A stretch of DNA of 553 nt from the sequence record EF517006.1; one strand, given 5' to 3'. Shown one piece after another: positions 1 through 553 of the stretch. The notes beneath the pieces were generated by a model. It was not told where the DNA came from. It did not search any database and saw only the letters and a list, made by a program, of their open reading frames with translations. Both the position numbers and the translations under genes were made by a program. The DNA is from a phage. Numbering within the stretch: position 1 is the first letter of the stretch; the number at the start of each line of letters is the position of its first letter.

Positions 1-553
1 GGAACATCTGCGTAGACAATACTGCTAACAGTTACTGGCTCTCTCGTGTATCTAAAACGATTCCGGCACTGGAGTACTTAAACGGGTTTGATGTTCGCTG
101 GAAGCGTCTACTGAACGATGACCGTTGCTTCTACAAAGATGGCTTTATGCTTGATGGGGAACTCATGATCAAGGGCGTAGACTTTAACACAGGGTCCGGC
201 CTACTGCGTACTAAATGGACTGACACGAAGAACCAAGAGTTCCATGAAGAGTTATTCGTTGAACCAATCCGTAAGAAAGATAAAGTTCCCTTTAAGCTGC
301 ACACTGGACACCTTCACATAAAATTGTACGCTATCCTCCCGCTGCACATCGTGGAGTCTGGAGAAAACTGTGATGTCATGACGTTGCTCATGCAGGAACA
401 CGTTAAGAACATGCTGCCTCTGCTACAGGAATACTTCCCTGAAATCGAATGGCAAGCGGCTGAATTTTACGAGGTCTACGATATGGTAGAACTACAGCAA
501 CTGTACGAACAGAAGCGAGCAGAAGGCCATGAGGGTCTCATTGTGAAAGACCC
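1..553 (+). CDS. 1.3: ATP-dependent DNA ligase, T7-type (internal fragment, partial at both ends; reading frame 3, first complete codon at 3-5, last complete codon at 549-551)
   Basis: Frame 3 is open for all 183 codons, while + frames 1 and 2 have early stops (tag at 13-15; taa at 26-28). The minus strand has stops in all three registers, with the longest open stretch about 60 codons. The translation matches the T7 gp1.3 DNA ligase sequence as I recall it (NICVDNTANSYWLSRVSK...FYKDGFMLDGELM...GSGLLRTKWTDTKNQEFHEELFVEPIRKKDKVPFKLHTGHLHIKLYAILPLHIVESGE...EGLIVKD) and contains nucleotidyltransferase motifs III and IV in the expected order and spacing. No database search was run; the identification is from recall. 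Confidence 0.95.
144..167 (+). other. Nucleotidyltransferase motif III (FMLDGELM) of the ligase adenylation domain
   Basis: Codons ttt atg ctt gat ggg gaa ctc atg translate to FMLDGELM. The DGEL core is the conserved motif III of ATP-dependent ligases and capping enzymes, contacting the nucleotide ribose. Its position, about 55-60 residues downstream of where motif I (KYDG) would lie just upstream of the window, fits T7-type ligase architecture. Confidence 0.8.
531..551 (+). other. Nucleotidyltransferase motif IV (EGLIVKD) of the ligase adenylation domain
   Basis: Codons gag ggt ctc att gtg aaa gac translate to EGLIVKD, matching the EG-hydrophobic-hydrophobic-hydrophobic-K pattern of motif IV in covalent nucleotidyltransferases. 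It sits near the 3' end of the window, consistent with motif V (WWKMK in T7 ligase) lying shortly downstream, outside the window. Confidence 0.8.

Noticed and set aside
91-114. ATG at 91-93 in + frame 1 that could start an overlapping ORF
   Set aside because: It reads atg ttc gct gga agc gtc tac tga and stops after 7 codons. It lies inside the strongly supported frame-3 ligase ORF and has no coding signal of its own.
271-296. A-rich stretch (gtaagaaagataaagttccctttaag) that could look like a low-complexity or regulatory element
   Set aside because: It is in frame with the ligase ORF and simply encodes the lysine-rich segment RKKDKVPFK. It is not a repeat or an independent element.
1-553. Possible antisense (minus-strand) gene overlapping the ligase
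   Set aside because: Reverse complements of stop codons (tta, cta, tca on the + strand) occur in all three minus-strand registers. The longest stop-free stretches are only about 50-60 codons (for example between + positions 131 and 314 in one register). No convincing antisense ORF exists.
1-553. T7-type phage promoter (taatacgactcactata-like) or internal regulatory site
   Set aside because: I found no match to the T7 or T3 late-promoter consensus on either strand by eye. In T7 the promoters and RNase III site near this gene lie upstream of its start codon, outside the window.
1-553. CRISPR array, tandem repeats, inverted-repeat terminator hairpins, or mobile-element ends
   Set aside because: No direct repeats of spacer-repeat periodicity, no GC-rich stem followed by a T-run, and no terminal inverted repeats were seen. 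The composition and codon structure are those of uniform coding sequence.

Overview
The whole window is an internal fragment of one protein-coding gene on the + strand, read in frame 3 (first full codon 3-5, last full codon 549-551), with no stop codon across 183 codons. The gene continues beyond both ends of the window. The translation is NICVDNTANSYWLSRVSKTIPALEYLNGFDVRWKRLLNDDRCFYKDGFMLDGELMIKGVDFNTGSGLLRTKWTDTKNQEFHEELFVEPIRKKDKVPFKLHTGHLHIKLYAILPLHIVESGENCDVMTLLMQEHVKNMLPLLQEYFPEIEWQAAEFYEVYDMVELQQLYEQKRAEGHEGLIVKD. I recognise this as the ATP-dependent DNA ligase of bacteriophage T7 or a very close relative (gene 1.3), covering roughly residues 41-223 of the ~359-residue protein. The catalytic lysine of motif I (KYDG) lies just upstream of the window and motif V (WWKMK) just downstream; motif III (FMLDGELM) and motif IV (EGLIVKD) are inside it. 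I see no promoter, terminator, RNA gene, repeat array or mobile-element signature, and no evidence for a novel or undescribed system: this is a well-characterised gene from a model phage. The only point worth a second look is a few codons that may differ from the T7 reference as I recall it; this rests on memory and needs an alignment to confirm.
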